Below, piece by piece: positions 17,452 to 27,075 of a DNA stretch of 64,000 bases. The translations under genes and the position numbers were made by a program. The DNA comes from Deltaproteobacteria bacterium (lineage in GTDB: Bacteria; Desulfobacterota; Dissulfuribacteria; Dissulfuribacterales; QOAL01). The stretch lies in contig JALSNW010000031.1 of assembly GCA_026986785.1 (NCBI GenBank), forward strand, positions 24,223-88,222. Reading direction: 5' to 3'. The first letter of the stretch is position 1, and every line of letters starts with the position of its first letter. The notes under the pieces are model-generated. The model had not been told where the DNA came from, searched no databases, and saw only the letters and a list, made by a program, of their open reading frames with translations.

Positions 17452-18872
17452 CTTTTATAGCCTTGAGTCGCATCGATGGCGGAAGGGAAGATGCCTGTCC
17501 TGGGTAAATGGCCTGCCAATGCCCTATAAAGCGCTATCCTGTATTCGATAAGCCTGAGTTTTTCATCTATCATCTTTATCTCCAATGAGTCCTTGTTGAG
17601 TTCTGTGGCCAGGAACCGAAGAAATTCCACTGTCCCAGCCTCATATTGGTTCTTGACCTGCTCAAGGGAGCTTTTGGAGAGTTGGAGGCGTTGTTCCATG
17701 TTTTTTAAAAGCCGTCTCTGTTGGGCCTCTTTGGCCAAGGCATCTTCGACCTCCCTGAGGGCGTTGAGAACCACACTGCCATAGTGGAAAAGGGCCTGCC
17801 TGGCAGCTGCCTCCCTCTTTTCTACCTCTGCCTCGAGGGATCCACCCCTGAAAACAGGGGTCAACAGGTTGGCAGCGATGGTTGCTATCCAGTTTTCGAA
17901 AAGGTCGTTCACCCTGGAGGCATCTGTCTCGGCTGATGCTGTCAGAGAAAGCCTTGGATATTGTTCTGCCACGGCCTGGGCCAGTCTGGCATTTGCTGCC
18001 CTGAGTCTCAGAAAGGCGCTTCGGCAGTCCGGACGTCTATTGATGAGTTTTATGGGCAAGCCTGTATCTGGCAAGGGGGGGATGGGTGGTAGCCTTTTTT
18101 TGATATCCACCTTGAGATCTTGAGGTGGTATGCCAAGAAGGACGGCAAGCTGATTCCTCAGTACCCTCATATCCATATTTTTTTTGATCCATTGGGCCCT
18201 TGTTGACTCCAAGGCCTGTTTTTGTTGAAGGGTATCCAGGATATCGGTCTGGCCAAACTCATACATGGAGGAGATTATGTCAAGGGACGTCTGATTGTCT
18301 TTTATCTGTCTGGCTATGATATCAAGCTGTTGGCCTATTGCCTGGATCTGAAAATAGGTCAGGCCGACCTCTGACGAAATGGTGATACGGGCTGTGTCGA
18401 GATCTGCCTCGGTAGCTGCCAGATCCAACATCGCTGCCTCTTTTCGTTTCCTGATCCTCCCCCACAGGTCAACCTCATAACTTGCCATGGCCTCGAGGGA
18501 AAGGGTGTCCTGGTTGAAGTATTTCGATTGGTCTCTGCCTGTGTTGTGGGATGCACCTCCGCTGATATCGAGCCAGGGATAGAGCTCTGCCCCAGCCTGT
18601 TTTGCCACTGCCCTGGCCTCAAGGGTCCGTTCCCAAACGGATTTCAGGTCCATATTGTCTCGCAAGGCCCTTTTAATCAACTGATTGAGCTCCTTATCGT
18701 TGAAGGAGTGCCACCAAAGCACGGGGTTAGGCTGTTTACCAGCTATGGAGAAGTTTTCCGGTAGGTCTACAGGTGCTCTTTCTGGTGCAGGGTGGAATCC
18801 GACACAGGCAGAAAGCATGGTCAATGCAAAAATAAGGGGCAGTTGGTATCTTGCAGGCCTGTATAGTTTCAT
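17448..18872 (-). CDS. Outer membrane efflux lipoprotein (NodT/OprM/TolC family)
   Basis: LSAC lipobox, WW..F.D..L..LI, YEVDLWG and RRPD motifs. The start is uncertain (18872 or 18926). Confidence 0.92.
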   Translation of the reverse strand: MKLYRPARYQLPLIFALTMLSACVGFHPAPERAPVDLPENFSIAGKQPNPVLWWHSFNDKELNQLIKRALRDNMDLKSVWERTLEARAVAKQAGAELYPWLDISGGASHNTGRDQSKYFNQDTLSLEAMASYEVDLWGRIRKRKEAAMLDLAATEADLDTARITISSEVGLTYFQIQAIGQQLDIIARQIKDNQTSLDIISSMYEFGQTDILDTLQQKQALESTRAQWIKKNMDMRVLRNQLAVLLGIPPQDLKVDIKKRLPPIPPLPDTGLPIKLINRRPDCRSAFLRLRAANARLAQAVAEQYPRLSLTASAETDASRVNDLFENWIATIAANLLTPVFRGGSLEAEVEKREAAARQALFHYGSVVLNALREVEDALAKEAQQRRLLKNMEQRLQLSKSSLEQVKNQYEAGTVEFLRFLATELNKDSLEIKMIDEKLRLIEYRIALYRALAGHLPRTGIFPSAIDATQGYKR

Positions 18873-18952
18873 GATCTGATATTTTGGTCTCTTTGTCTTT
18901 TCAGGCAAGTAGGATTTTTGTACCATACCTTTTCATGCTGGTGGATGAAACC

Positions 18953-19450
18953 ATGAACCAAGGATATAGCTCCAATTCTGAATCGACCTTGGAAAAACGC
19001 CTCAATTTTTCCTTTGTAATAGAAAAAAAGTTGGCAGGCCTGGCACATCCTCGCCTTGTTCAGCCGGATTATCTGTGGGTGGACTTTTTATTCAAGAAAG
19101 GTGTCCGCCTACTTATAAATCTTACAGAATATGATTATAATCTCTCAGTCGGTTCGGAGATAGGTATATATCATTATCCTGTAGTAGATTTTGGTGTGAT
19201 GTCATTGGACCAGATGGATTCCATTTGGGATCGCTACAAGGCCCTTGGCAGACATGAAGCCATGGCTGTCCACTGTTTGGCCGGAAGGGGGCGCACCGGT
19301 ACAGTGCTGGCGTGTATAGTCGCCAGGGAATTTGACATGAAGCCCTTGGATGCCGTCTTCTTCATACGAAATCTCAGGCCAGGGAGCATAGAAACTGGGC
19401 AACAGGAGGAGTTCATAGAAGAATGGGTGTTTGCGCGCAGTTCTCCATGA
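18953..19450 (+). CDS. Dual-specificity / protein-tyrosine phosphatase family protein
   Basis: HCLAGRGRT (CX5R) and RPGSIET..Q motifs. Confidence 0.88.
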   Translation: MNQGYSSNSESTLEKRLNFSFVIEKKLAGLAHPRLVQPDYLWVDFLFKKGVRLLINLTEYDYNLSVGSEIGIYHYPVVDFGVMSLDQMDSIWDRYKALGRHEAMAVHCLAGRGRTGTVLACIVAREFDMKPLDAVFFIRNLRPGSIETGQQEEFIEEWVFARSSP

Positions 19451-19480
19451 GAAATTCTTTCTTGTCAGATCCCGTATTGT

Positions 19481-19507
19481 GTGTTACTTTTTTTGAAAAA
19501 GTAACAA
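19481..19507 (+). promoter_or_regulatory. NikR operator (deltaproteobacterial type)
   Basis: GTGTTAC-N13-GTAACAA palindrome 13 nt upstream of nikM. Confidence 0.8.
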
Positions 19508-19520
19508 AGAGGCCTTTATC

Positions 19521-20213
19521 ATGCACATACCAGATGGCTATTTGAGTCCCCAAACCTGCGTAATCATGTACACAGCCTGCATCCCATTCTGGGTTATGTC
19601 TGGCAGACGGCTGAGAAGGAAACTGAACAGCAGGCTGGTGCCGCTATTGAGCATATTTTCTGCCTTTTCTTTTGTGGTCATGATGTTCAATATCCCTGTC
19701 CCAGGTGGTACTACGACTCATGCCATAGGTTCTGTACTCATGGCTATCTTGTTGGGGCCTTGGGCTGCTGTTACTGGGATCTCTGTAGCCCTTTTGATAC
19801 AGGCCCTTTTTTTTGGAGATGGGGGCATCCTGAGTTTTGGCGCAAATGCCTTCAATATGGCAGTTGTGATGCCTTTTGCAGGTTATTATGTCTATCGGTT
19901 CCTGAATCTCACACGTCCAAAGACACCTGTGAGACAGGCCCTCAACGCTGCTGTTGCTGGTTACGTGGGGATCAATGCCGCAGCATTTGTGACTGCCATA
20001 GAGCTTGGGGTTCAACCCCTGTTTTTCAAGGCGCTTGACGGCACACCCCTATACTGCCCTTATGGCCTCGCCCAGACGATTCCGGCAATGCTATTTGCTC
20101 ATCTGACGGTAGGAGGTATTGCCGAGGCAGTTGTAACCGGTGGGGTATTGCTTTTTCTCAGGAGATCTATGCCTGAGATAATCGTGGATCTCAAGATAGA
20201 GGCTGTGGCATGA
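19521..20213 (+). CDS. nikM: ECF-type Ni/Co transporter substrate component (NikM/CbiM)
   Basis: MHIPDGYL N-terminus and GDGG motif. The upstream NikR box favours nickel. Confidence 0.88.
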   Translation: MHIPDGYLSPQTCVIMYTACIPFWVMSGRRLRRKLNSRLVPLLSIFSAFSFVVMMFNIPVPGGTTTHAIGSVLMAILLGPWAAVTGISVALLIQALFFGDGGILSFGANAFNMAVVMPFAGYYVYRFLNLTRPKTPVRQALNAAVAGYVGINAAAFVTAIELGVQPLFFKALDGTPLYCPYGLAQTIPAMLFAHLTVGGIAEAVVTGGVLLFLRRSMPEIIVDLKIEAVA

Positions 20214-20521
20214 AGAAGATCAAAGGACTGTGGATCTGGGTATTTTTCATTTGTCTCGCCACCCCTGCAGGGCTCATGGCTGGTGGAGATGCCTGGGGTG
20301 AGTGGGGCAGGGATTTCTTCCAAAAGGTACTGGGATTCGTGCCAGAGGGGATAGCGAAGTATTCCGGGGCCTGGCATGCCCCTTTCAGGGATTACAATAT
20401 TCCAGGTTTTGGAGAGGTTACGGGCTATATCCTTTCTGCCATAGCTGGCATAGGTCTGATAATGGGTGCGGTATGGCTCTTGGCAAGGGGTCTTTCAGGG
20501 AAAAACGGGCCACAGGATTGA
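20210..20521 (+). CDS. NikN-like (PDGLE-domain) component
   Basis: AWGEWG...APF.DY motif with two TM helices. Confidence 0.8.
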   Translation: MKKIKGLWIWVFFICLATPAGLMAGGDAWGEWGRDFFQKVLGFVPEGIAKYSGAWHAPFRDYNIPGFGEVTGYILSAIAGIGLIMGAVWLLARGLSGKNGPQD

Positions 20522-20597
20522 GACAGAAACCACACTTGCCCGTGATAGAGCCCCTGAACCGTTTTCTGCGAAACCGGATGGGATAGGACAAGGGGCC

Positions 20598-21464
20598 ATG
20601 GCTATGGATTTTGTTGGAAAAACCCTTCTCGATACCACCAGGGCCATAGAGCAATCGGTATTCCAGCTGGATCTTTCCTCGGAAGACGGCTTCCTACAAG
20701 GCCTTGATCCAAGGGCAAAAGTAATTTGCTTCCTGTTGTTACTTTTGCTTACTGCGTTTTCCAAGGGCCTTTGGATGATGTTTTCGACCTATTTACTCAC
20801 TGTAGCCCTGGCCATGGCCTCCCGGATACCACTTGGTTTTTTCATAAAGAGGGTCTGGCTTTTCATACCGCTTTTTACTGGACTCATCGCCCTGCCAGCC
20901 CTTTTCAATATCGTTACCCCAGGAGACAGTATTTGGACCCTGGTGGTCTTCAACAGTCCGATCTCCTTTGGGCCGTTTGAGTTTCCTGCATACTTAGCCA
21001 TTACACAGCAGGGCCTCACTACTGCAGCCATGTTGATTCTAAGGGTAGCTGTATCTGTTTCCCTCGCCATACTTTTGGTGCTGACCACCAGGTGGATGGA
21101 CCTGTTACGTGCATTGTCCATACTCAAGGTTCCACAGGTAGTGATCCTCGTGACAGCCATGACCTATCGTTATATTCATCTCTTCTTGAGGAATCTCGAA
21201 AACATGCTTCTGGCAAGAAAGAGCCGTCAATTCGCCCCTTCTGCAATGAAGGACCAACATGGCTGGATCTCCTCCCGATTGGGGGCCCTGGTGGCCAAAT
21301 CCTATCACCTTAGCACAGAGGTGCATCTGGCCATGGTGTCAAGGGGTTGGTCTGGCACTCCAAAAGGCCTGGAACAATTTCATTTCAAGGCGAAGGATGC
21401 AGTTTCGGTGGCTGTAGCCTTCATCCTTTTCAGCTCAGAGATTTTGTTTGATAAAATCTACTGA
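20598..21464 (+). CDS. nikQ: ECF transporter T component (NikQ/CbiQ)
   Basis: LDPRAK, YRYI, ARKSR and AMVSRG. Confidence 0.88.
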   Translation: MAMDFVGKTLLDTTRAIEQSVFQLDLSSEDGFLQGLDPRAKVICFLLLLLLTAFSKGLWMMFSTYLLTVALAMASRIPLGFFIKRVWLFIPLFTGLIALPALFNIVTPGDSIWTLVVFNSPISFGPFEFPAYLAITQQGLTTAAMLILRVAVSVSLAILLVLTTRWMDLLRALSILKVPQVVILVTAMTYRYIHLFLRNLENMLLARKSRQFAPSAMKDQHGWISSRLGALVAKSYHLSTEVHLAMVSRGWSGTPKGLEQFHFKAKDAVSVAVAFILFSSEILFDKIY

Positions 21465-21484
21465 GTTTCCTACATTGTCCTGTA

Positions 21485-22321
21485 ATGTCCTTGTCTGAAA
21501 GTGCAATAATGGATGTCCAGATCCCGGTTTTTGAATTTGAGAAGCTCTCCTTTGCCTATCCAGGGCAAGAGAGCGAGCCAGCACTTGTCGGCCTTGATCT
21601 TGAGGTTGGCAGGGGGCAGTGCGTATGCATATTGGGGGCAAATGGCTCTGGAAAATCCACTCTACTAAAACTTCTCGATGGGCTGTATCTGCCTTCGTCT
21701 GGGACCTTCAAGGCATTTGGTCAGGAGATCACCGCACGACTCATGGAAGATAAGCAGTTCAACTCGCATTTCAGGAAGAGGGTGGGGTTTGTGTTTCAAG
21801 ATCCAGACGTGCAACTCTTTCTGCCTACTGTAAGGGATGAGATAGCCTTTGCCCCATTGCAGGCAGGTTTTTTGGACAAAGATGTAATAGAGATGGTTGA
21901 GAGTACGGCCTCTGATCTGGGCCTTGAAAGGCTATTGGACAGGCCGCCTTACCGTCTGAGCACGGGTGAGAAAAAGAAGGTGGCCATAGCATCTGTGGTT
22001 ACCCTGGATCCCGAGGTCTGGCTCATGGACGAGCCCACGGCCAGTCTTGATCCTCAGACCCAGAGTTGGATCATAGATTTTATCATAGGCCTGAAGGAAA
22101 AGGGACGCACCTTGGTAATTGCAACACATGATCTGGAAATCCCTTATGTTGCTGCTGATCTTTGTTATGTCATTGGCCAGGATCATAGGCTTCTGGCCTC
22201 TGGAAGCGCCAGACAAGTCCTTGAAGACCAAGGCCTTCTTTTAGAGGCCAATCTTATTCACAAACACCGCCATCTCCACAATGGTCTCATCCATAGCCAC
22301 CGTCATGACCACTGGCGTTAA
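21485..22321 (+). CDS. nikO: ECF transporter ATPase (NikO/CbiO) with His-rich tail
   Basis: GANGSGKS, FQDPD, LSTGEKK and DEPT motifs, with an HKHRHLH...HSHRHDH tail. Confidence 0.9.
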   Translation: MSLSESAIMDVQIPVFEFEKLSFAYPGQESEPALVGLDLEVGRGQCVCILGANGSGKSTLLKLLDGLYLPSSGTFKAFGQEITARLMEDKQFNSHFRKRVGFVFQDPDVQLFLPTVRDEIAFAPLQAGFLDKDVIEMVESTASDLGLERLLDRPPYRLSTGEKKKVAIASVVTLDPEVWLMDEPTASLDPQTQSWIIDFIIGLKEKGRTLVIATHDLEIPYVAADLCYVIGQDHRLLASGSARQVLEDQGLLLEANLIHKHRHLHNGLIHSHRHDHWR

Positions 22322-22835
22322 AGGGCAAATTGAGGCTATATCCCAGTCCGAAGCCAAGAAGCTTGCGATCCCAGATTCATCTGTCGTCACTATCCACAGG
22401 ATAACATGCCCAGATGTAGAACTCCTTGCCGAGCTTGCCAAATTCCAGGAAAGGATCTTCTCTGGACACAGGCACAATAGGCTGGCCGAGCTTCTCGAAG
22501 CGGTGTCCCTTCAGGATTCTCAAGTAGTCTATCTGGCTCGTCGACATGGGCAGATATGTGGCTTCGTCTTCTTGAAGCGCAGGTCCAGGAAGGGCGAGTG
22601 GGTGGTACGCGGCATTGGTGTGGACAGGAGCTACAGGCGCAGAGGGGTCGGCAGCGCCCTTCTTACAAGGGCAATAGCAATGGTAAAAAGAATCAAAGGA
22701 GATGGCTTGGTGTCTTATGTAGACGTGAACAATAGGGCATCGTTGAGGCTTCACGAAAGGATGGGTTTTGCCTTTCGGCAAGACCCGACTCTTCCTGCTC
22801 CCAGGCTGCGCTTCAGAATGGTTTTCTCACAATAA
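22281..22835 (+). CDS. GNAT family N-acetyltransferase
   Basis: V..SYRRRGVGSALL acetyl-CoA motif and N.ASLRLHERMGF. The start is uncertain. Confidence 0.8.
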   Translation: MVSSIATVMTTGVKGQIEAISQSEAKKLAIPDSSVVTIHRITCPDVELLAELAKFQERIFSGHRHNRLAELLEAVSLQDSQVVYLARRHGQICGFVFLKRRSRKGEWVVRGIGVDRSYRRRGVGSALLTRAIAMVKRIKGDGLVSYVDVNNRASLRLHERMGFAFRQDPTLPAPRLRFRMVFSQ

Positions 22836-22855
22836 TCCAGGCAATGTTTGCCCTT

Positions 22856-23012
22856 TCAGCGGGTTGATTTGTAGATTGAGCTATCTATGGCATTTGTAAG
22901 ACACCAATAATCATAGGCACCATTGCTTTTTGGTGCAAATTCATAGATGGTATCTCCAGTGTTAGGCGCTTCTGCCAGGCGTACGTTTTGTCGTATAAGG
23001 GATATATAGGAT
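22856..23012 (-). pseudogene. ParA/Soj C-terminal remnant
   Basis: IRQNVRLAEAPNTGDTIYEFAPKSNGAYDY matches the ParA C-terminus, but there is no Walker A region upstream. Confidence 0.7.
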
Positions 23013-23030
23013 TTAGATGAAAATACAATG

Positions 23031-23057
23031 CAGGCCTTTGAAGTACATAATCTCGGA
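23031..23057 (-). repeat. Terminal unit of the MITE-like family
   Basis: Minus strand CCGAGATTATGTACTTCAAAGGCCTG. Confidence 0.7.
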
Positions 23058-23341
23058 TAATGATTATCAAAGATAGTATGGTAAAAGGATATTCTGACAA
23101 GCAACATGTAACCAAGGTTACATTGCCATAAGGCAACCATTCCATGATCCGTACTCTTTTTATAATGGCCATATATAAAATGGCATTAAATGTTTTTGCA
23201 GCCAGATGAAATAGTAAGATTATATATCTATTTTTCAATTCTAAATTAATTAGAACATTATTTCATATAAATCTTGGCAAAAGTTTCTCATTTTAATCTA
23301 ATTTGTATCTTTAAGATTCGATCTCTTTAGCCTTTTTAGGC

Positions 23342-23372
23342 ACTTGACTATCAAGTCTTATCAAACTATAAT
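23342..23372 (+). promoter_or_regulatory. Sigma70 promoter with an overlapping palindromic operator
   Basis: TTGACT-N17-TATAAT. The palindrome ACTTGA-cta-TCAAGT covers the -35. Confidence 0.65.
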
Positions 23373-23531
23373 TAAACTTCAAATTTTTGTTAGTCTCATT
23401 CACCATGCTTTCCATGCTTTCTGCCTATAGATCTACTTCATATATATTATCTCTTCCCTATATTTAATCAAAAGCCCCCTTTGTGACGATTGAGATCTTA
23501 CGGAGTCTTGTTTTGACAAAAAGTTACCAAT

Positions 23532-26500
23532 ATGAAGGACGATAATTATATACCTGGACAAATAAAAGATCATTTTGGCCCACCCTTTGAGAGAAACCTC
23601 ATTATCACCCTGGCCATTGTCTGGTTTCTTCTGATCGCAGGCTCTTTTCTATGGCACATTAGGGATATCAAGAGGGATATTCAAAAACTGGCCGAGAGAG
23701 AGGCCATATCCAGGGTTAATAAAGATACATGTTATCGTTATTGGATTGCCCAGATGGGAGGGGTGTATGTGAAGGCCTCCGAGGCCCCACCTGATAGATT
23801 TCTCATTGCCAGAAAAGATGCAGAGCTCCTCACCACGTCCGGTGAGCGTCTTGTGCTCATAGATCCTGCATACATGACCAAAATGGCCTTTGAATTGAAC
23901 AAGGAGCTTTATGGCATAATGGGCCATATAAGCAGCCTGAGTCCCGAAAAGCCCGACTACAGGCCTGATTCATGGGAAAGGGCCGCCTTAGAGGGGTTTG
24001 AGAGGGGGCAGATGCAAAAGGTCTCTATGGTCACCATTGATGGGGAAAAATATATCAGGGCCATGAAGGCCTTGGTAATAGGCCCTACGTGTATGAAGTG
24101 CCATGAATCGCAAGGTTACCAGGTCGGGGATATAAAAGGAGGGATAAGCATCAGCCTGCCTTTTGCAAGCTATGAGTCGATCATAGAGCAACAGGTTAAG
24201 ACCTTTTCGTTTATTCATGGCCTGATCCTGATTCTTGGTCTATTGACCCTGTTTGTTGGTGCAGACATATCGAGACGCAATAAGGCAAAATGGCTCAAGG
24301 ATATCAAGAAGAGACACATCCTCATGGAGGCCCTGCCTGATCTTGTCTGTTTCAAAGACGAGGATGGCAGGTGGCTTGCTGCCAATAGGTCCATGCTCAA
24401 GCTCTTCGGACTGGAGGGGGTGGATTTCATAAAGAAGAAAGGGGCAGACTTGGCCAAATACGCACCGTTTTTCAGACAGGTGTTCCACAATTGTAATGAG
24501 ACCGACCAGATGGCTTGGCAGAGCGGAAAGGCTATTCGACAGGAGGTGACCATTCCTTTATCCAATGGACAAAGTAGGACCTTCGATATGATAAAGATGC
24601 CGGTATTTGACAAAGATGGGGAAAGGGAAGGATTGGTCGTAGTGGGAAGAGATATCACTGAAGAAAAGAAGAATCAGGAGGCCATTGAGAGGATCTCCAA
24701 GTTGAAAGATCTGGTTCTTGATCTGGCCACCGGGTTTATAAACATCCCTGAAGACAGCCTTGATGAGCATATCAATGGGACCCTTGGTATGGCAGGTTCT
24801 TTTCTGTCCATGGACAGGGCCTATCTTTTTGAATATGACCACGAGGCTCGGGTGATGAGTAACACGCACGAGTGGTGCGCCAAGGGTATAGGTCCGCATA
24901 TCAATGACCTTCAAAATATATCAATGGACGACTATCCGGACTGGATGGATACACATATGAGGGGCGAGGTCATACAGATTCCATCGGTTGATGACCTTCC
25001 AGATGGTAGGCTGAGGAAGGCATTGAAGATGCAGTCCATTAAATCGTTGATAACAGTGCCCCTGATGTATGAAGGGGTGTGTCTCGGGTTTGTAGGTTTT
25101 GATTCGGTCCGTTCCAAAACCACCTGGAGTGACGATCATGTATCCCTAATAAGGATGATATCCGAGATATATGCCAATGTATTGAAGAGGAAGGAGATGC
25201 TCAGGCTTCTCCAGGCCAGTGAAAAGAGATACAGGGACTTGGTGGAAGGTCTCCCTGTAGGCCTATATCAGAGGACCCCTGGGCCCAATGGCAAATTTAT
25301 AATGGCCAATCAAGCCCTTGCCAAGATGCTCGATTATGAAAAAAGTGAGGAACTCGTAGGTCAAGACGTGGCAAGATTCTGTTTTAATCTTCAGAATCAA
25401 CGTTGTTGTGAAAGGGAACTCAAGGAGAGTGGAGTGGTAAGGGATAGACAGGTGCAGCTCATGAGGCGAAATGGAGAGATTTTCTGGGCATCTATCTCGG
25501 CAAGGGCAATACTCGATAAACAGGGTAAAATCGTAAGTGTTGAAGGATCTGTGTTGGATATAACCGACAGAAAGAAAGGGGAGGAAGAAAAGCAGAGGCT
25601 ACAGGCACAACTTCAGCAGGCGCAAAGGATAGAGTCCATAGGGCGGTTGGCAGGTGGGATTGCCCACGATTTCAACAACATCCTCGTGCCCATATTGGGT
25701 TACAGTGAGCTACTTTTTAATATTACAGCCCCGGATGACAAGATCAGGGATTACATAGAACCGATAATTGAGGCTGGGGAAAGGGCCAGAGACATAGTAC
25801 GTCAGTTGCTCGCCTTTAGTAGGAAGCAGGTGATAGAAAAGAATCCCATAGATCTGAATGATGAAATAATAGGGTTTGAAAAGTTTCTGAGGCGCACCCT
25901 TCGGGAAGACATAGAGATCGTGTTGGAGTTGGAACCCGACATCCCTGTCATAGAGGCAGACAGTAGTCAGATAGACCAAGTGATACTCAATCTCGCAGTG
26001 AATGCTCAGGATGCCATGCCAAATGGCGGTAGGATCACTATCAAGACCGCCCTGCTGGAATTGGATGACAAGTTTCAGGCCGGGATGGAACCAATAGTAC
26101 CTGGTAGTTATGTCATGATGAGCCTTAGTGACAATGGTGAGGGCATGGATGAGCAGATCCTCAAGCAGATCTTTGAGCCTTTTTTCACCACCAAGTCCAA
26201 GGACAAAGGGACGGGTCTTGGGTTGGCCACGGTTTATGGTATAGTAAGGCAACATGGAGGACATATACGGGTATCCAGTGAAGTAGGCCTTGGTACAACC
26301 TTTGATGTATATCTTCCTGTGAGTGAGAGAAGATACTTTTCAGGCCCAGTAGTTGAGCAGTCTACTGACATCCCTGGGGGAGATGAGACTATTCTATTGA
26401 TAGAAGATGACGAAAAGGTGAGAGATTTTGTCTTCCGCATGCTCAAACAAAGTGGCTACAATGTGATACAGGCCTCTACTCCAGGAGAGGCCCTTGAAAA

Positions 26501-26738
26501 ATACAAAAATAGTTCACTTCGTATCGATCTACTCCTGACAGATGTGATAATGCCTGAGATGAACGGTAAAGAGCTCTACAGGCGCCTCAAAGAATATCTT
26601 CCTGACCTTGAAGTCCTTTACATGTCTGGCTATGCACCAGATGTGATCTCTCTTACAATGGACAGGAATTTTATATCCAAGCCATTTTCTATAAGGCAGT
26701 TGGCCAAAGCTGTAAGGAGGGTCTTGGACAACCATTAG
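23532..26738 (+). CDS. Membrane hybrid histidine kinase with periplasmic heme-c (DUF3365-like) sensor, PAS-GAF-PAS, HisKA-HATPase and REC
   Basis: Two TM helices flank CMKCH. It also has AHDFNN, NAQDAM, FTTK, GTGLGL and receiver TDVIMP. Confidence 0.92.
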   Translation: MKDDNYIPGQIKDHFGPPFERNLIITLAIVWFLLIAGSFLWHIRDIKRDIQKLAEREAISRVNKDTCYRYWIAQMGGVYVKASEAPPDRFLIARKDAELLTTSGERLVLIDPAYMTKMAFELNKELYGIMGHISSLSPEKPDYRPDSWERAALEGFERGQMQKVSMVTIDGEKYIRAMKALVIGPTCMKCHESQGYQVGDIKGGISISLPFASYESIIEQQVKTFSFIHGLILILGLLTLFVGADISRRNKAKWLKDIKKRHILMEALPDLVCFKDEDGRWLAANRSMLKLFGLEGVDFIKKKGADLAKYAPFFRQVFHNCNETDQMAWQSGKAIRQEVTIPLSNGQSRTFDMIKMPVFDKDGEREGLVVVGRDITEEKKNQEAIERISKLKDLVLDLATGFINIPEDSLDEHINGTLGMAGSFLSMDRAYLFEYDHEARVMSNTHEWCAKGIGPHINDLQNISMDDYPDWMDTHMRGEVIQIPSVDDLPDGRLRKALKMQSIKSLITVPLMYEGVCLGFVGFDSVRSKTTWSDDHVSLIRMISEIYANVLKRKEMLRLLQASEKRYRDLVEGLPVGLYQRTPGPNGKFIMANQALAKMLDYEKSEELVGQDVARFCFNLQNQRCCERELKESGVVRDRQVQLMRRNGEIFWASISARAILDKQGKIVSVEGSVLDITDRKKGEEEKQRLQAQLQQAQRIESIGRLAGGIAHDFNNILVPILGYSELLFNITAPDDKIRDYIEPIIEAGERARDIVRQLLAFSRKQVIEKNPIDLNDEIIGFEKFLRRTLREDIEIVLELEPDIPVIEADSSQIDQVILNLAVNAQDAMPNGGRITIKTALLELDDKFQAGMEPIVPGSYVMMSLSDNGEGMDEQILKQIFEPFFTTKSKDKGTGLGLATVYGIVRQHGGHIRVSSEVGLGTTFDVYLPVSERRYFSGPVVEQSTDIPGGDETILLIEDDEKVRDFVFRMLKQSGYNVIQASTPGEALEKYKNSSLRIDLLLTDVIMPEMNGKELYRRLKEYLPDLEVLYMSGYAPDVISLTMDRNFISKPFSIRQLAKAVRRVLDNH

Positions 26739-26756
26739 TAAGATAGGGCTTTTCAG

Positions 26757-26795
26757 CCCAGATTATGTACTTCAACTGCCAGACGATTCCGCACC
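26757..26795 (+). repeat. Terminal unit of the MITE-like family
   Basis: CCCAGATTATGTACTTCAACTGCCAGACGATTCCGCAC, 18 nt after the kinase stop. Confidence 0.75.
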
Positions 26796-26862
26796 AGAAC
26801 GGATAGCTCAGACATATATGAGTCTTGACTCCGGGTTGAAGGTCAAAATATCTTTCTCAGTC

Positions 26863-26891
26863 TTGACACCCTACAGGGCCGTTCTTAGCTT
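26863..26891 (+). promoter_or_regulatory. Putative sigma70 promoter of clpB
   Basis: TTGACA-N17-TAGCTT. Confidence 0.5.
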
Positions 26892-27075
26892 CCATAAAGA
26901 AAATCAGCACGTTAACCATATCCACTGGAAAGAGATTTTTTTGTTTTCGTAACAGCCTGAATATACGTCTGATTGGGCAGAATGATTTACTGTGCCAATG
27001 TGTTCAGGCAGAGGCAGATCATGTCTTTCCCCAGTGTAGTTATATGGCAAAAAAGATGAAGAGAGGAGAAATCCC

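Noticed and set aside
22829-22841. Additional MITE end at the GNAT stop (minus strand CCTGGATTAT)
   Set aside because: The match is only about 10 nt and could be chance.
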